DNA of 63,736 nucleotides, the filler included, from Candidatus Fermentibacterota bacterium (GTDB taxonomy: Bacteria; JAFGKV01): the NCBI GenBank assembly GCA_016928395.1. It is 10 parts of 10 records of this genome, joined end to end, with 100 filler letters (N's around TTAATTAATTAA, not from the genome) between each part and the next. Parts side by side here need not be neighbours in the genome. Positions count along the whole stretch, not along the records: positions 51,367 to 55,030 come from JAFGKV010000008.1; positions 55,131 to 59,887 come from JAFGKV010000046.1; positions 59,988 to 63,736 come from JAFGKV010000313.1; 7 more parts are not named here. One strand, given 5' to 3'. Under the pieces are notes generated by a model, which ran no database searches, had not been told where the DNA came from, and saw only the letters and a program-made list of their open reading frames with translations. Positions 53,260-62,161 of this stretch are shown here, piece after piece (positions within the stretch are counted from its first letter, which is position 1; each line of letters starts with the position of its first letter). Made by a program: the position numbers and the translations under genes.

Positions 53260-54498
53260 ATGCGCATGACCTCCCCCACCAGATCCATCACGAATCTTCA
53301 TGAAACCAATTTCCACGTGGGAACGCTGTCGCCATCCTGCAGCTCCTGCCTCCAGGGCGGCATGTTGGTCGTTGGCGTCACCGAGCTCTGCACCCGTGCA
53401 TGCTACTACTGTCCAAACCCCCCGGAGCGTACCGATCAATCCTATGCCGGCGACATCGTCGCCAGGAGTGATGGAGACATCCTCAGGGAGGCTCGGCTGA
53501 TCAACGCGTCCTCTGCGTGCATCACCGGCGGTGAACCACTCCTCAAGCCCGAGCGCGCCGCCCGGTTCATCGCCCTGCTGAAGGAGGAGTTCGGGCCGGA
53601 ATTCCAGACCCACCTGTACACCTGCATGGCGTCAATTTCCCACAAGACGTTTCGATTGCTTCGCGACGCGGGATTGGACGAGATCAGGTTTCACCTCCAC
53701 GCACCCGGAGACACCCGCGCCGTGGAAGCGGCCCGCGATTATCAGTGGCGTGTGGGCATTGAGATTCCTTGCATACCAAAGCCCTGGGGCGCGGTTGAGG
53801 AAATCGTTGAAACCGCGCTGCGTCTGGGCATCCATCTCGTCAATCTCAATGAGTTCCAGATGGCACAAAGCAATCACGAGGCGCTGCTGCAGAGGGGCAT
53901 GCGACCCGTGGGCACCATCCCTGATGAGATCGGGGGAACCCCAGTAACCGACGAGACCAGGCGGGCCCTGTTCAACGATACCAGGTTTCTCATGACCATG
54001 CAGGTCTCGGGCAGCAGAGAACTGGGCATGGCGCTCCTGGAGGAGGCGGTAACGTGGAGCGACGATGCGCCGACACTGCACCTCTGCACCACGGCGTCCA
54101 AGTTCACGGTCCAGAAGGTCCGTCGAGACCGGCGACGGGCTCAGTCGGTGGCCCTGCCGTGCGATGAGGTGAACGAGAGGGGATGCCTGCTGTTCGGGCG
54201 CGTGGTGTGCCCGGATGCGACGGTAGCGTCAGCAGTGGAAGCGATGGCCGTGGACAACGATGTACCCGCTGAACGTATCCGCCGCTACGGGCGTGTGGTG
54301 GAGTTACCCTGGTTTCACGCGGCGCGGCTGAAGAACCGGCTGGCTGCGGAGGCGCCGGGAACCGTCGTGGCCGTCTGCGAGGAAAGTTCATACCAGCGGC
54401 AGCGGCCGGTGGAGGATCTGGGAGGCGAGCCGGCAAAGGGCCATGGGCAAAAGCCTCCTGCAGGCGCCGGCCCACTCGGAAGGAACCAGAAGGGGTGA
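53260..54498 (+). CDS. Radical SAM protein, COG2108-like
   Basis: Extra CSSC before CTRACYYCP; ITGGEP, HLYT, AGLDEIRFH, GIEIP, NLNE. Confidence 0.85.
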   Translation: MRMTSPTRSITNLHETNFHVGTLSPSCSSCLQGGMLVVGVTELCTRACYYCPNPPERTDQSYAGDIVARSDGDILREARLINASSACITGGEPLLKPERAARFIALLKEEFGPEFQTHLYTCMASISHKTFRLLRDAGLDEIRFHLHAPGDTRAVEAARDYQWRVGIEIPCIPKPWGAVEEIVETALRLGIHLVNLNEFQMAQSNHEALLQRGMRPVGTIPDEIGGTPVTDETRRALFNDTRFLMTMQVSGSRELGMALLEEAVTWSDDAPTLHLCTTASKFTVQKVRRDRRRAQSVALPCDEVNERGCLLFGRVVCPDATVASAVEAMAVDNDVPAERIRRYGRVVELPWFHAARLKNRLAAEAPGTVVAVCEESSYQRQRPVEDLGGEPAKGHGQKPPAGAGPLGRNQKG

Positions 54499-54529
54499 AG
54501 AAGTGACACGGTGGATGGCACCCTGAACT

Positions 54530-55030
54530 GGGAACTTGTCTCAGAGTCCCTGCGAAGCTCGTACTCGCACACGTGCTCGTGCTCCAATGACCGGAGCCTC
54601 GATTACGACAATGACAACGATTAGGGCAACGAAACGCCTGCGGGCGACGGGAGACGGCCGCCCCTACAACGGGCGGAGTCAGAGCTCCGCCCCTACGAGG
54701 CAACGGTTCCTCGCAGGCCTCCGTAGGGGAGGGCGTCTCTGCCCTCCCGGGCAGCTCATCGATACCGATACCGACTCCGAGCTAGCCGGCAGGCAACCAG
54801 GGGCGGTCGCCCCAACGAGGCAACGGTGTCGTGCGCACACAACACAGAAGCCCCCTCCCTCCATCGTTCCATCATTCCATCATTCCATGCTTAAAAGGCT
54901 CGCCGATTACCATTACGACATCGATACCGATACCGACTCCGAGCCCCCCCTGCGGGCGACCAGAGACGGTCGCCCCTACTACGGCAACGGTTTCTCGTAG
55001 CGCTGGGCGGGCCTGATAGCCGATAGCCAA
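54530..55030. repeat. Repeat mosaic with five GTAG-type REP-like palindromes plus hexamer, heptamer and octamer arms
   Basis: REP-like units at 54642-54667, 54671-54696, 54723-54748, 54791-54816, 54954-54979; GATACCGATACCGACTCCGAG twice; CCATCATT-type octamers; CTGATAGCCGATAGCC. Confidence 0.8.
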
Positions 55031-55130
55031 NNNNNNNNNNNNNNNNNNNNNNNNNNNNNNNNNNNNNNNNNNNNTTAATTAATTAANNNNNNNNNNNNNN
55101 NNNNNNNNNNNNNNNNNNNNNNNNNNNNNN

Positions 55131-55313
55131 ACTCCCCAGCAGGATTAGTCCCACTGCGCCCAGGAACACATCGGTACGATGCCCCCAGATCAAGATGCCC
55201 CAGGCCGGTGTGCGCCATTGGACGAAAGACGAGGCCGCAAGCACGAGGGCTGCGGCCATGACCACACCAGCGCCAAGGAATCTGAGTCGTGTATGCTTCA
55301 TGCTGTTTCTCAT
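55131..55313 (-). CDS. Small membrane protein, 3' truncated by gap
   Basis: Two hydrophobic segments; frame runs into the gap. Confidence 0.4.
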
Positions 55314-55498
55314 GTGATGGTGGCCAAACTCCTGTCGCCTCGGGGTTTGGCATGGTGGGCTCTTTGGGCACGCATGCGATGAAACGGAGGATCCCTCTCC
55401 CGGTCAAGCCGGAAGAAGGCGAGACCGAGGATGTGAGAAGACAAGACGGAGAGGCCATCGCATCCGACAGGCACACCCGCCGGCATGGCCGCACTCCG

Positions 55499-56070
55499 TC
55501 AGAGTGTGCGTATCAGCTCAAAGAGACTCGATCGAGCGGCCCTCTTGTCGAATGTCAAGACCGATTCAGAACCACAGCTTTGGGCGCCATGGCCGATCAG
55601 AAGATCGGGGAGATCAAAGTCCGTCACCCTCGCGGCTGATACGAACGCACGAACCGCGTCCGCTGCCTCAAACTCGAGGGTCGGTACTTGGAGAAGTGCA
55701 TCAAGGGCGCCGACAACATGGGATCGGTCTATGTTGTATACGGAGTCAAGGACCCAGAGGGTTTCCAGTAGCACCGGCACGGTGACGAGGAATGTCTCGC
55801 GCCGGTCCTCCGCCCCTCGCAACAACGCGTATACGACCTGGGACTGGCGCTCATCATCACGAACAAGGAAGCGGACTATGACATTGGTGTCTGAGTACTC
55901 GGATTCACAAATACGATCGCATTCGACCGCCGTTGCATCCCGAGCAGCGGAGTTGCTCGATCGGTTAGATATCACAGCGGATATCTGCCCTCCTCGCGCC
56001 GTGCTGCCCGGTCGCCCCGTCGCTCTCGGTGCGTGACCGTACTTATGAACCCGAGTACTATGGCCTTCAT
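55499..56070 (-). pseudogene. vapC: VapC/PIN toxin interrupted near codon 5 by a 167-bp insertion
   Basis: Removing 55893-56059 gives MKAIDTNVIVRFLVRDD...LETLWVL...DLPDLLI...LTFDK (134 aa) with ATG overlapping the antitoxin stop. Confidence 0.85.
55893..56059. mobile_element. MITE-like non-autonomous element
   Basis: 27-bp imperfect terminal inverted repeats (22/27) at 55894-55920 and 56033-56059; 2-bp CT (AG on minus) repeat at junctions; no transposase. Confidence 0.8.
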
Positions 56071-56315
56071 GTGAGCCGTGATCTCATCCGGCCACCAATA
56101 GCTCGATGCATCTCTTCCACGGACACGGGCTCCCGTTGCGGGTCATGGAGCACGCCAAAGACCTCATCGATCCGTGTGGTGATGGGCCTGATGGTGAGCT
56201 GACCGGTCGACTCGACCGTAAACTCGAGCTTGTCACCGGTGTGCAGACCCAGGGAATCTCGGACTCTCTTGGGGATAGTGACCTGCCCTCTGCTCGTTAT
56301 CTGTGCGACCGCCAT
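56067..56315 (-). CDS. AbrB/MazE/SpoVT-family antitoxin
   Basis: ITSRGQVTIPKRVRDSLGLHTGDKLEF. Confidence 0.92.
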   Translation of the reverse strand: MAVAQITSRGQVTIPKRVRDSLGLHTGDKLEFTVESTGQLTIRPITTRIDEVFGVLHDPQREPVSVEEMHRAIGGRMRSRLT

Positions 56316-56614
56316 ATTCAGTTCTCCTTGCCAACTGATACGTTCTTACATGGTTGTAAGCATCTGATCGGCCGATGTCAACGCCAGCGGTGGAGAGGTT
56401 GGAGGGGCAATGCCCACGATGGCATCCAGACCAGTGGCGCCCGGCCGCATCGCTGCGGGTGCTTTCTCCTCCCCGATCTCCTGGCGATCGATGCCGTTCG
56501 CCCGTGAGCGGGGTTGTCGCGGGGCGGGTGGGGGAGTATCCTGAGAGGCCACATTCACCGCGTGCATGCCACAGCGCGCGCACGTACTCCATGATACTCC
56601 CGCAGGGGAGAACC

Positions 56615-58402
56615 ATGCCTGACGCGAACCGGATGACCGGGGCTTCGACTCCAGGGCTGCGGCCTGGCCGCGAATGGAGTGTCGTCGTTCTCATGATGCT
56701 CATGAGTGCGGCTTTGTCGTTTCGTGTCTTCTTCCCGCACCTTCGCGACATCGTGATCTTTGACGAGTCATACTACATCGACAAGGGACAACGCCTCCTG
56801 CACGGCGAGTTGCCCGTGCTTGCTGAGAATCCTCTGGTGGCTGCGTTTTGGGCGGTTCTGTCGCTTCCCTTCAGAGAATCCCCATTCTGGATGGTGTATG
56901 CATACGGCCTGGGTCGCTTCGTAGCGTTTACATTCCTCTGGGCGGGTTCATACGCCGTGGCGCAGTCTCTTCGGCGTATCGTGCATCCCCTCGCGTCCCT
57001 TGGCTTCCTGTTGGTTACGCCAAGCCTCTGGGGTCTACTGGACAACTCGACCGACGGTCTGTTCGCCGCGCTGTCTGCCGTGGCCTTGGCACGCCTTCTG
57101 GTGTTCCTTCGTGAAGGGAGGCTGGCCAGTGGGCTCCAGGCTTCGGTTCTGCTCGGCCTGGCTGCCCTTGCCCGGAATGATGGTCTTGTTCTTCTGGTCG
57201 TTGCGGTCTTTCTCACGCTGCTTCTTTGGCGAAGAGAGACCGGGCGGCTTCAGAGGGCCGGCGCGATTCTTCTGCCGGCATCCGGCATAGTCGCGGCGTA
57301 CATTGCGATCCAGGCCCTGGCATCGGGGTCGTTGAACCTTGGCATCGCACGGAGGAGTTACGACGCCTTCGAACAGGGTGAAGGCGTCGTCTATGCAGAC
57401 AGCTACCAGGGCCGCAATTCCTATGTCGAGGGCTATGATGCGGCGCGGGCGCTCTACGGGACTCCGCAGGAGAACAGGTATTCCATAGCCCGGGCCATCT
57501 TCAGGAACCCTCCCGCATTCGGGCGACGCCTGATGATCGAGATGGGACAGGCGCCCGCCCAGGCAACGGCTGTCTACGGCCGTGGGCTGCACGGCGTAGG
57601 CGCGGTACTCTTCTTCTTGGCTCTCCGCGGCCTTGTTGCGTTGTGGGGTCGTCGCGAAAAGGCGACGGCGTTGGTTCTCGTTCTCTGGTGCTCGCACCTT
57701 CTGCTCTACGGGCTGACCTTCTATCGCGAAGGGTACTTCCTTCTCGTCTATGCTCCGGTGTTCTGGCTTGCGTCTGCGGGAGCCGCGGCACTCTTCGATG
57801 GGCAGCGGGCGCGGCGGGAGATGTTCTGTACGATAGGCGCGTTGGGGATGTTGATTCTCTATGGGGTCGGGAGCAGCAATCTCCCGTTGTGGGGGCCGGG
57901 AGCCGTATTTCTCCTGGGCGCTCTTCTCGCGTGGGGCCTGCTTTCTGGGCGCACCACAGGATCGTCGCCACAGACACGGGCACTCCTCGGCGTCGGCGCC
58001 GTGCTGCTGGTGTTCTCGCTGCAGGTGCACCTATCCCGCCCGGCGCGTCTCGGTGTGCCGGGCTTTCCCCAGGTCGGAACCCACGCTGATGAAATGGCTG
58101 CCCGGTTCCTGGCCGAGACCCAGCGGGAAGGCACGCCTGTGGCGTCATACACGATGGCGCCGGTCACCCTGGCGAGGATGTCCTATATGGCGCCCCACAT
58201 CGACGGCCGCTGGATTGCGTCGCGGGAGGATTTCATGGAGTGGGTGGCGCAACGCGATGTCCATGTGTTCTACGTGGATAGAAATCTCCGCGTCTGCGAA
58301 CCAGGGCTTTGGGAGATCATGCAGAGTCTTATCGGTACGCACCTGAGGATTGGATTCCATGCCGAAGATGACTACGAGACTGTCGATGTGCTGTTTCACT
58401 GA
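56615..58402 (+). CDS. Polytopic GT-C-fold (ArnT/PMT-like) glycosyltransferase
   Basis: Acidic motif FDESYY after TM1, many TM helices, LAALARNDG, soluble C-terminal domain; GGGGAG RBS. Confidence 0.7.
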   Translation: MPDANRMTGASTPGLRPGREWSVVVLMMLMSAALSFRVFFPHLRDIVIFDESYYIDKGQRLLHGELPVLAENPLVAAFWAVLSLPFRESPFWMVYAYGLGRFVAFTFLWAGSYAVAQSLRRIVHPLASLGFLLVTPSLWGLLDNSTDGLFAALSAVALARLLVFLREGRLASGLQASVLLGLAALARNDGLVLLVVAVFLTLLLWRRETGRLQRAGAILLPASGIVAAYIAIQALASGSLNLGIARRSYDAFEQGEGVVYADSYQGRNSYVEGYDAARALYGTPQENRYSIARAIFRNPPAFGRRLMIEMGQAPAQATAVYGRGLHGVGAVLFFLALRGLVALWGRREKATALVLVLWCSHLLLYGLTFYREGYFLLVYAPVFWLASAGAAALFDGQRARREMFCTIGALGMLILYGVGSSNLPLWGPGAVFLLGALLAWGLLSGRTTGSSPQTRALLGVGAVLLVFSLQVHLSRPARLGVPGFPQVGTHADEMAARFLAETQREGTPVASYTMAPVTLARMSYMAPHIDGRWIASREDFMEWVAQRDVHVFYVDRNLRVCEPGLWEIMQSLIGTHLRIGFHAEDDYETVDVLFH

Positions 58403-58417
58403 TGTGAGGGAGCCGGC

Positions 58418-59521
58418 GTGAGACGGGCACTGGGGATGCATGAGCTCCTTGTCGGCGTGGCCGTCCTGGCGCTCTTCGGCGCGCTGCTGTTCTTCTCGCC
58501 CCGCCTGTACGGCTACTCGCTCATGGAGGATCTGCCGCCGGAGTGGTTCCAATTCTTCTGCCTGGCAGCGGCAGCGTGGTGGTGGGGAAAAGCGGCCGTC
58601 GGGAGATGGAACAAGGGCTGGGCGGGGTTTCTGTTCTGTTGTGCTTTGGCGGCCCTGTCGGCCTTTGTGGCCGGTGAGGAGATCAGTTGGGGCCACCGGG
58701 TGTTCGGGTACGAGACGCCGGCGTACTTCGCCTATAGGAACGTGCAGAATGAACCCACCCTCCACAATTTGGCCCGCCAGCTTGTCGAACCCCGGGGCGC
58801 GGCCATTGCAGTCATGCTGGGGTATGGTATCGTGCTGCCTCTGCTCACATGGGGCATCCGGCCTTTCGGTCGATGGGCCCGCCGGGCCAATGTGCCGGTA
58901 CCGAATCCCGGCACGGCGGTCGTATTCGCCCTGGCAATCTGGCTCATGGGCATGCCCTTCACGGCGACGGACGATGAGGTGGGGGAGGGGTTCTTCGCTT
59001 TGGGGCTGCTCTTTGCCGCATTCACGGCAGCAGGCGGCGTCTCGGGCTCGAGCCTCCTCAGGCGAGTGGGCACCCTGGTCGCAGTCTCGCTGGTGACCTC
59101 GGCCTTCTGCTTTCTCCGGCCTGCCCACCGCGAGCAAGTGTTCAATGTCGGCCATCTTCAGGCTGCTCAAGCCTATGAGGGCCTCGGTATGCGGTGGGAG
59201 GCGGCGCGGGAGTACGAGAGCCTGGCCCGCTATTGGCAGACAGACTGGGAGCTGTGGGTCAAGGTCATCAACCTCTCCTACGAGGCCGGTGATCTAAAGA
59301 AGGCGTTCGATCTCTCGGCGGAGTTCATCACGATCAACAAGCGCATGTGGCGGCCCTTCGAGGTCATGGCCGAGATCGGCCGGATCTGGGGAATAGAGGA
59401 TGAGGTTCGCCGCAGGATTCGCGATGTCCTCATCGACGAGCCCTACAATGACTATGCCCGCTGGGCGCTGCTCATCCTGGAGGGCCGGCGGCCGTTTTAT
59501 GGTGAAGAAGTGAAGAGGTGA
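58418..59521 (+). CDS. Membrane protein with C-terminal TPR-like helices
   Basis: TM region with ED...EW, GEEISWGHR, NVQNEPTLHN, DEVGE; helical repeat tail. Confidence 0.75.
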   Translation: MRRALGMHELLVGVAVLALFGALLFFSPRLYGYSLMEDLPPEWFQFFCLAAAAWWWGKAAVGRWNKGWAGFLFCCALAALSAFVAGEEISWGHRVFGYETPAYFAYRNVQNEPTLHNLARQLVEPRGAAIAVMLGYGIVLPLLTWGIRPFGRWARRANVPVPNPGTAVVFALAIWLMGMPFTATDDEVGEGFFALGLLFAAFTAAGGVSGSSLLRRVGTLVAVSLVTSAFCFLRPAHREQVFNVGHLQAAQAYEGLGMRWEAAREYESLARYWQTDWELWVKVINLSYEAGDLKKAFDLSAEFITINKRMWRPFEVMAEIGRIWGIEDEVRRRIRDVLIDEPYNDYARWALLILEGRRPFYGEEVKR

Positions 59522-59587
59522 GGAGTGAGGCTATCGGCTGTCAGCTATCGGCTGTCGGCTGTCAGCTATCGGCTGTCAGCTATCGGC
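59517..59587. repeat. Heptamer tandem array (GCTATCG / GCTGTCR) preceded by GTGAGGA units
   Basis: About eight consecutive 7-mers right after the stop codon. Confidence 0.85.
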
Positions 59588-59625
59588 AGACCCTGCTGAG
59601 AACTAACCTGTAACTTGATCAGAAT

Positions 59626-59759
59626 AGCCTCGTGCGAAACGCTACGGACGACGCAGAGGTCGTCCCTCTATTCGGGAAAGATACCCTGTCCCCTAATCGC
59701 TCTGGAGGGTCGGGCTTCGTCCCGACCGCGACGCCGCCAGGGTTTCGTACGAGGCTCAG
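59626..59759. mobile_element. MITE/REPIN-like element with 15-bp inverted ends and two internal REP-like hairpins
   Basis: AGCCTCGTGCGAAAC (59626-59640) / GTTTCGTACGAGGCT (59742-59756), 14/15; internal GGACGAC...GTCGTCC and GGTCGGG...CCCGACC. Confidence 0.65.
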
Positions 59760-60193
59760 AAGTTTCCCTCTGTATGAGCAGGGCAACGCTCTAGGCCGGG
59801 GCTAAGCTGTAACTTCCCGCCGCGGCACCGGAAGTTGCACCACGTATCGTCCGGGCGGGCCCGGGGCCCCCACTAAGCTGTAACTTCNNNNNNNNNNNNN
59901 NNNNNNNNNNNNNNNNNNNNNNNNNNNNNNNTTAATTAATTAANNNNNNNNNNNNNNNNNNNNNNNNNNNNNNNNNNNNNNNNNNNNCTCATGTTAGTCG
60001 TCATGTCGCGCGTTGGACGACGCCCGGAGAGGATGAAAATGATGCCGTTCCGTGTGCTTCATAGCACTACGGCGGTTTTGTGAGACCACGTCCCGGCCTA
60101 TTTACGAAGCAGAATAGTGGCCGTGTGATCGTTTCGCTCAGCCTATCTGCACTGCTTCATGCCGCAGGCAGCCTGCCGCGGCACCGTTGTCTC

Positions 60194-60219
60194 GTAGGGG
60201 CGACCGTCCCTGGTCGCCC
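60194..60219. repeat. GTAG-type REP-like palindrome
   Basis: GTAGGGGCGACCGTCCCTGGTCGCCC; near-perfect reverse complement of 54954-54979. Confidence 0.8.
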
Positions 60220-60543
60220 GCGGGGGGCTGCCGGAATCGACGAGCCGGGGGGGCGTGTACGGGTACGGGTACGAACGTCCCCTGCACTCTCAGACGAGTC
60301 TGTAGTTCATCGCGAGCCGACTGGTGCCCCTCCCGTTCGGAAAGGGAGGTTGGAAGGGGCTTAACCCTGAGCGAAGCCGACGAGGTGACGGGCCTTTCTC
60401 TGTGACCATCCTGTCTCACGCCTCGCTCTTCACGCCTGCCACCTCGCGCCTGCCACCTCGCGCCTCACCTTCCCCCGTTTCGGATTTCGAACTTCGAGTT
60501 TCGGATTTCCCGCGAGGCGGGCTGCCCGACTGCCTCCCCGCGC

Positions 60544-61728
60544 TCAGAAAACCTCCCCATCGTACAGCCGGCCAAGGAAGGCCGCCACCGGGAGCACCTC
60601 GACCCCGTCGAAAACATACTCCCTGGTGCCGGCGTAGACGCCGAACATCCGATCCACGACCAGGGACTCCGGGGTCATGGCCAGCGCGCGCATCGGAGCC
60701 TCCCAGCGGCGGTCCCATCGATCCGCCAGCTTCACCTCGACGCACACCACATGCGCCGGATGGGAGGACGTCCGCGTCCGTGTCTCGATCAAGAAGTCGA
60801 CTTCCATGCCCGCCGCGGTACGGTAGAAGGCGATGGCGCGGTGCTTGTCGGCGGTATGGTTGAAGACCCGGAGTTCGTGGTAGATCAGAGTCTCCAGGGC
60901 GAAGCCGCGCCAGATGCGGTCGGGGGGGTCGCGGAGGAGCCCTGCCGCTGCGCGGGCGATCCCCGCATCCATCCAGTAGAACTTGCCATGGGCGCCCTCG
61001 CGTACCTTCACGCCGGGCCGGTATGCGGGCAGCGACCATCCCAGCAGCGTGTCCTCCAGAATCGAGAAGTACACGTCCACGGTGCTGCGGGGTACCGACG
61101 CGTCACGGGCCACGTTCTGGCGGTTGACCACCTGGCCGTTCAGGATACCCGCCACCGCGAGGAATCGGAGGAATGGCGGGAGGTTGCGTACGATTCCCTC
61201 TTCCTTGATCTCCTCCTTGACGTAGGTGTTCACGTACGCATCGAGGATGTCAGCGGCGTGGTGCGGATTCAGGGAAACCAGAGGCAGGGAGCCCCATTCC
61301 AGCGACCGCGAGAGGTCAAAGGCCGGGCCGAGTTCGGATGAAGTGAAGCATTCCAGATGACGAGTGACCGCCCTTCCCGCCAGGAGGTTGGCGCCGCCAT
61401 GGCGGAGTTTGCGCACCGATGAGCCGCACAGCGCGAAGCGCCACCCCTTGGTCTCGATCAACCGGTGGACTTCGTCAAGCAGGGCGGGCACCTTCTGCAC
61501 TTCGTCAACCACAACCCACGTTCCCTCCGGCCGCTGGCCCACCATCGCCTCTATCCGATCCGGCGCCCGGGCAAGCTCAAGGAAAAGTGAGGACTCCAGA
61601 AGATCGAAGTACGGGGCATCCGGGAGGCTCGCCCTCAGCCACATGCTCTTGCCGACGCCCCGCGGCCCGAACAGGAAGAAAGCGCGCTCCGGAAGCCGGA
61701 GCAGTCGTTCAACGAACGCGTGGGGCAT
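60544..61728 (-). CDS. AAA_14 ATPase with DUF4143 domain (COG1373-like)
   Basis: GPRGVGKS, VDEVQK, CGSS, LAGRA, KFYWMDAG, EVDFL, VEVK; GAGGAG RBS. Confidence 0.92.
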   Translation of the reverse strand: MPHAFVERLLRLPERAFFLFGPRGVGKSMWLRASLPDAPYFDLLESSLFLELARAPDRIEAMVGQRPEGTWVVVDEVQKVPALLDEVHRLIETKGWRFALCGSSVRKLRHGGANLLAGRAVTRHLECFTSSELGPAFDLSRSLEWGSLPLVSLNPHHAADILDAYVNTYVKEEIKEEGIVRNLPPFLRFLAVAGILNGQVVNRQNVARDASVPRSTVDVYFSILEDTLLGWSLPAYRPGVKVREGAHGKFYWMDAGIARAAAGLLRDPPDRIWRGFALETLIYHELRVFNHTADKHRAIAFYRTAAGMEVDFLIETRTRTSSHPAHVVCVEVKLADRWDRRWEAPMRALAMTPESLVVDRMFGVYAGTREYVFDGVEVLPVAAFLGRLYDGEVF

Positions 61729-61830
61729 GATGCACTCCTCTCTATATATTGTGAGATTGCGATGGAAAATGCCATTCTCAATGTAAGAATGCAAGAAGTG
61801 GTTGCCCAGCGAGGCGGAGTCGCGGGGATC

Positions 61831-62062
61831 GTGAGGAGTGAGAAGATAGGAGTGAGGAGAGGAAGGCGGAGGACAGTGTCGAGGGGGGCTCGACCACGGT
61901 GCCGCCGCTCGCGGCGGCCACAGAGGGCAGTAGTCGTCGGTTGTCAGTTCGGAAAGCCGATAGCCAACTGCCGACTGCCGACGGGGCTTCGGACGTGCCT
62001 GTGCCTTGCTCACCCCTCTCCTCACTCCCTCACTCCTATCTCCTCACTTCTTCCCCTCCTCG
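61831..62062. repeat. Nested inverted short-tandem-repeat structure
   Basis: Outer GTGAGGA-type arms at 61831-61862 and 62015-62050 in inverted orientation around an inner GTCGGTT/GCCGACT heptamer hairpin at 61927-61982. Confidence 0.75.
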
Positions 62063-62161
62063 CCCCTCTGTCACAAACCGCGACCATCCTGAACATACGT
62101 GAGTGACAGGGAATCCCGCTGGGTTCCTAATCCTCTTTCACCCTCACCTGTGAGGTCGCAT

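Noticed and set aside
55892-55975. Native N-terminal extension on VapC
   Set aside because: The extension is encoded by the inserted element; the original start is 56070.
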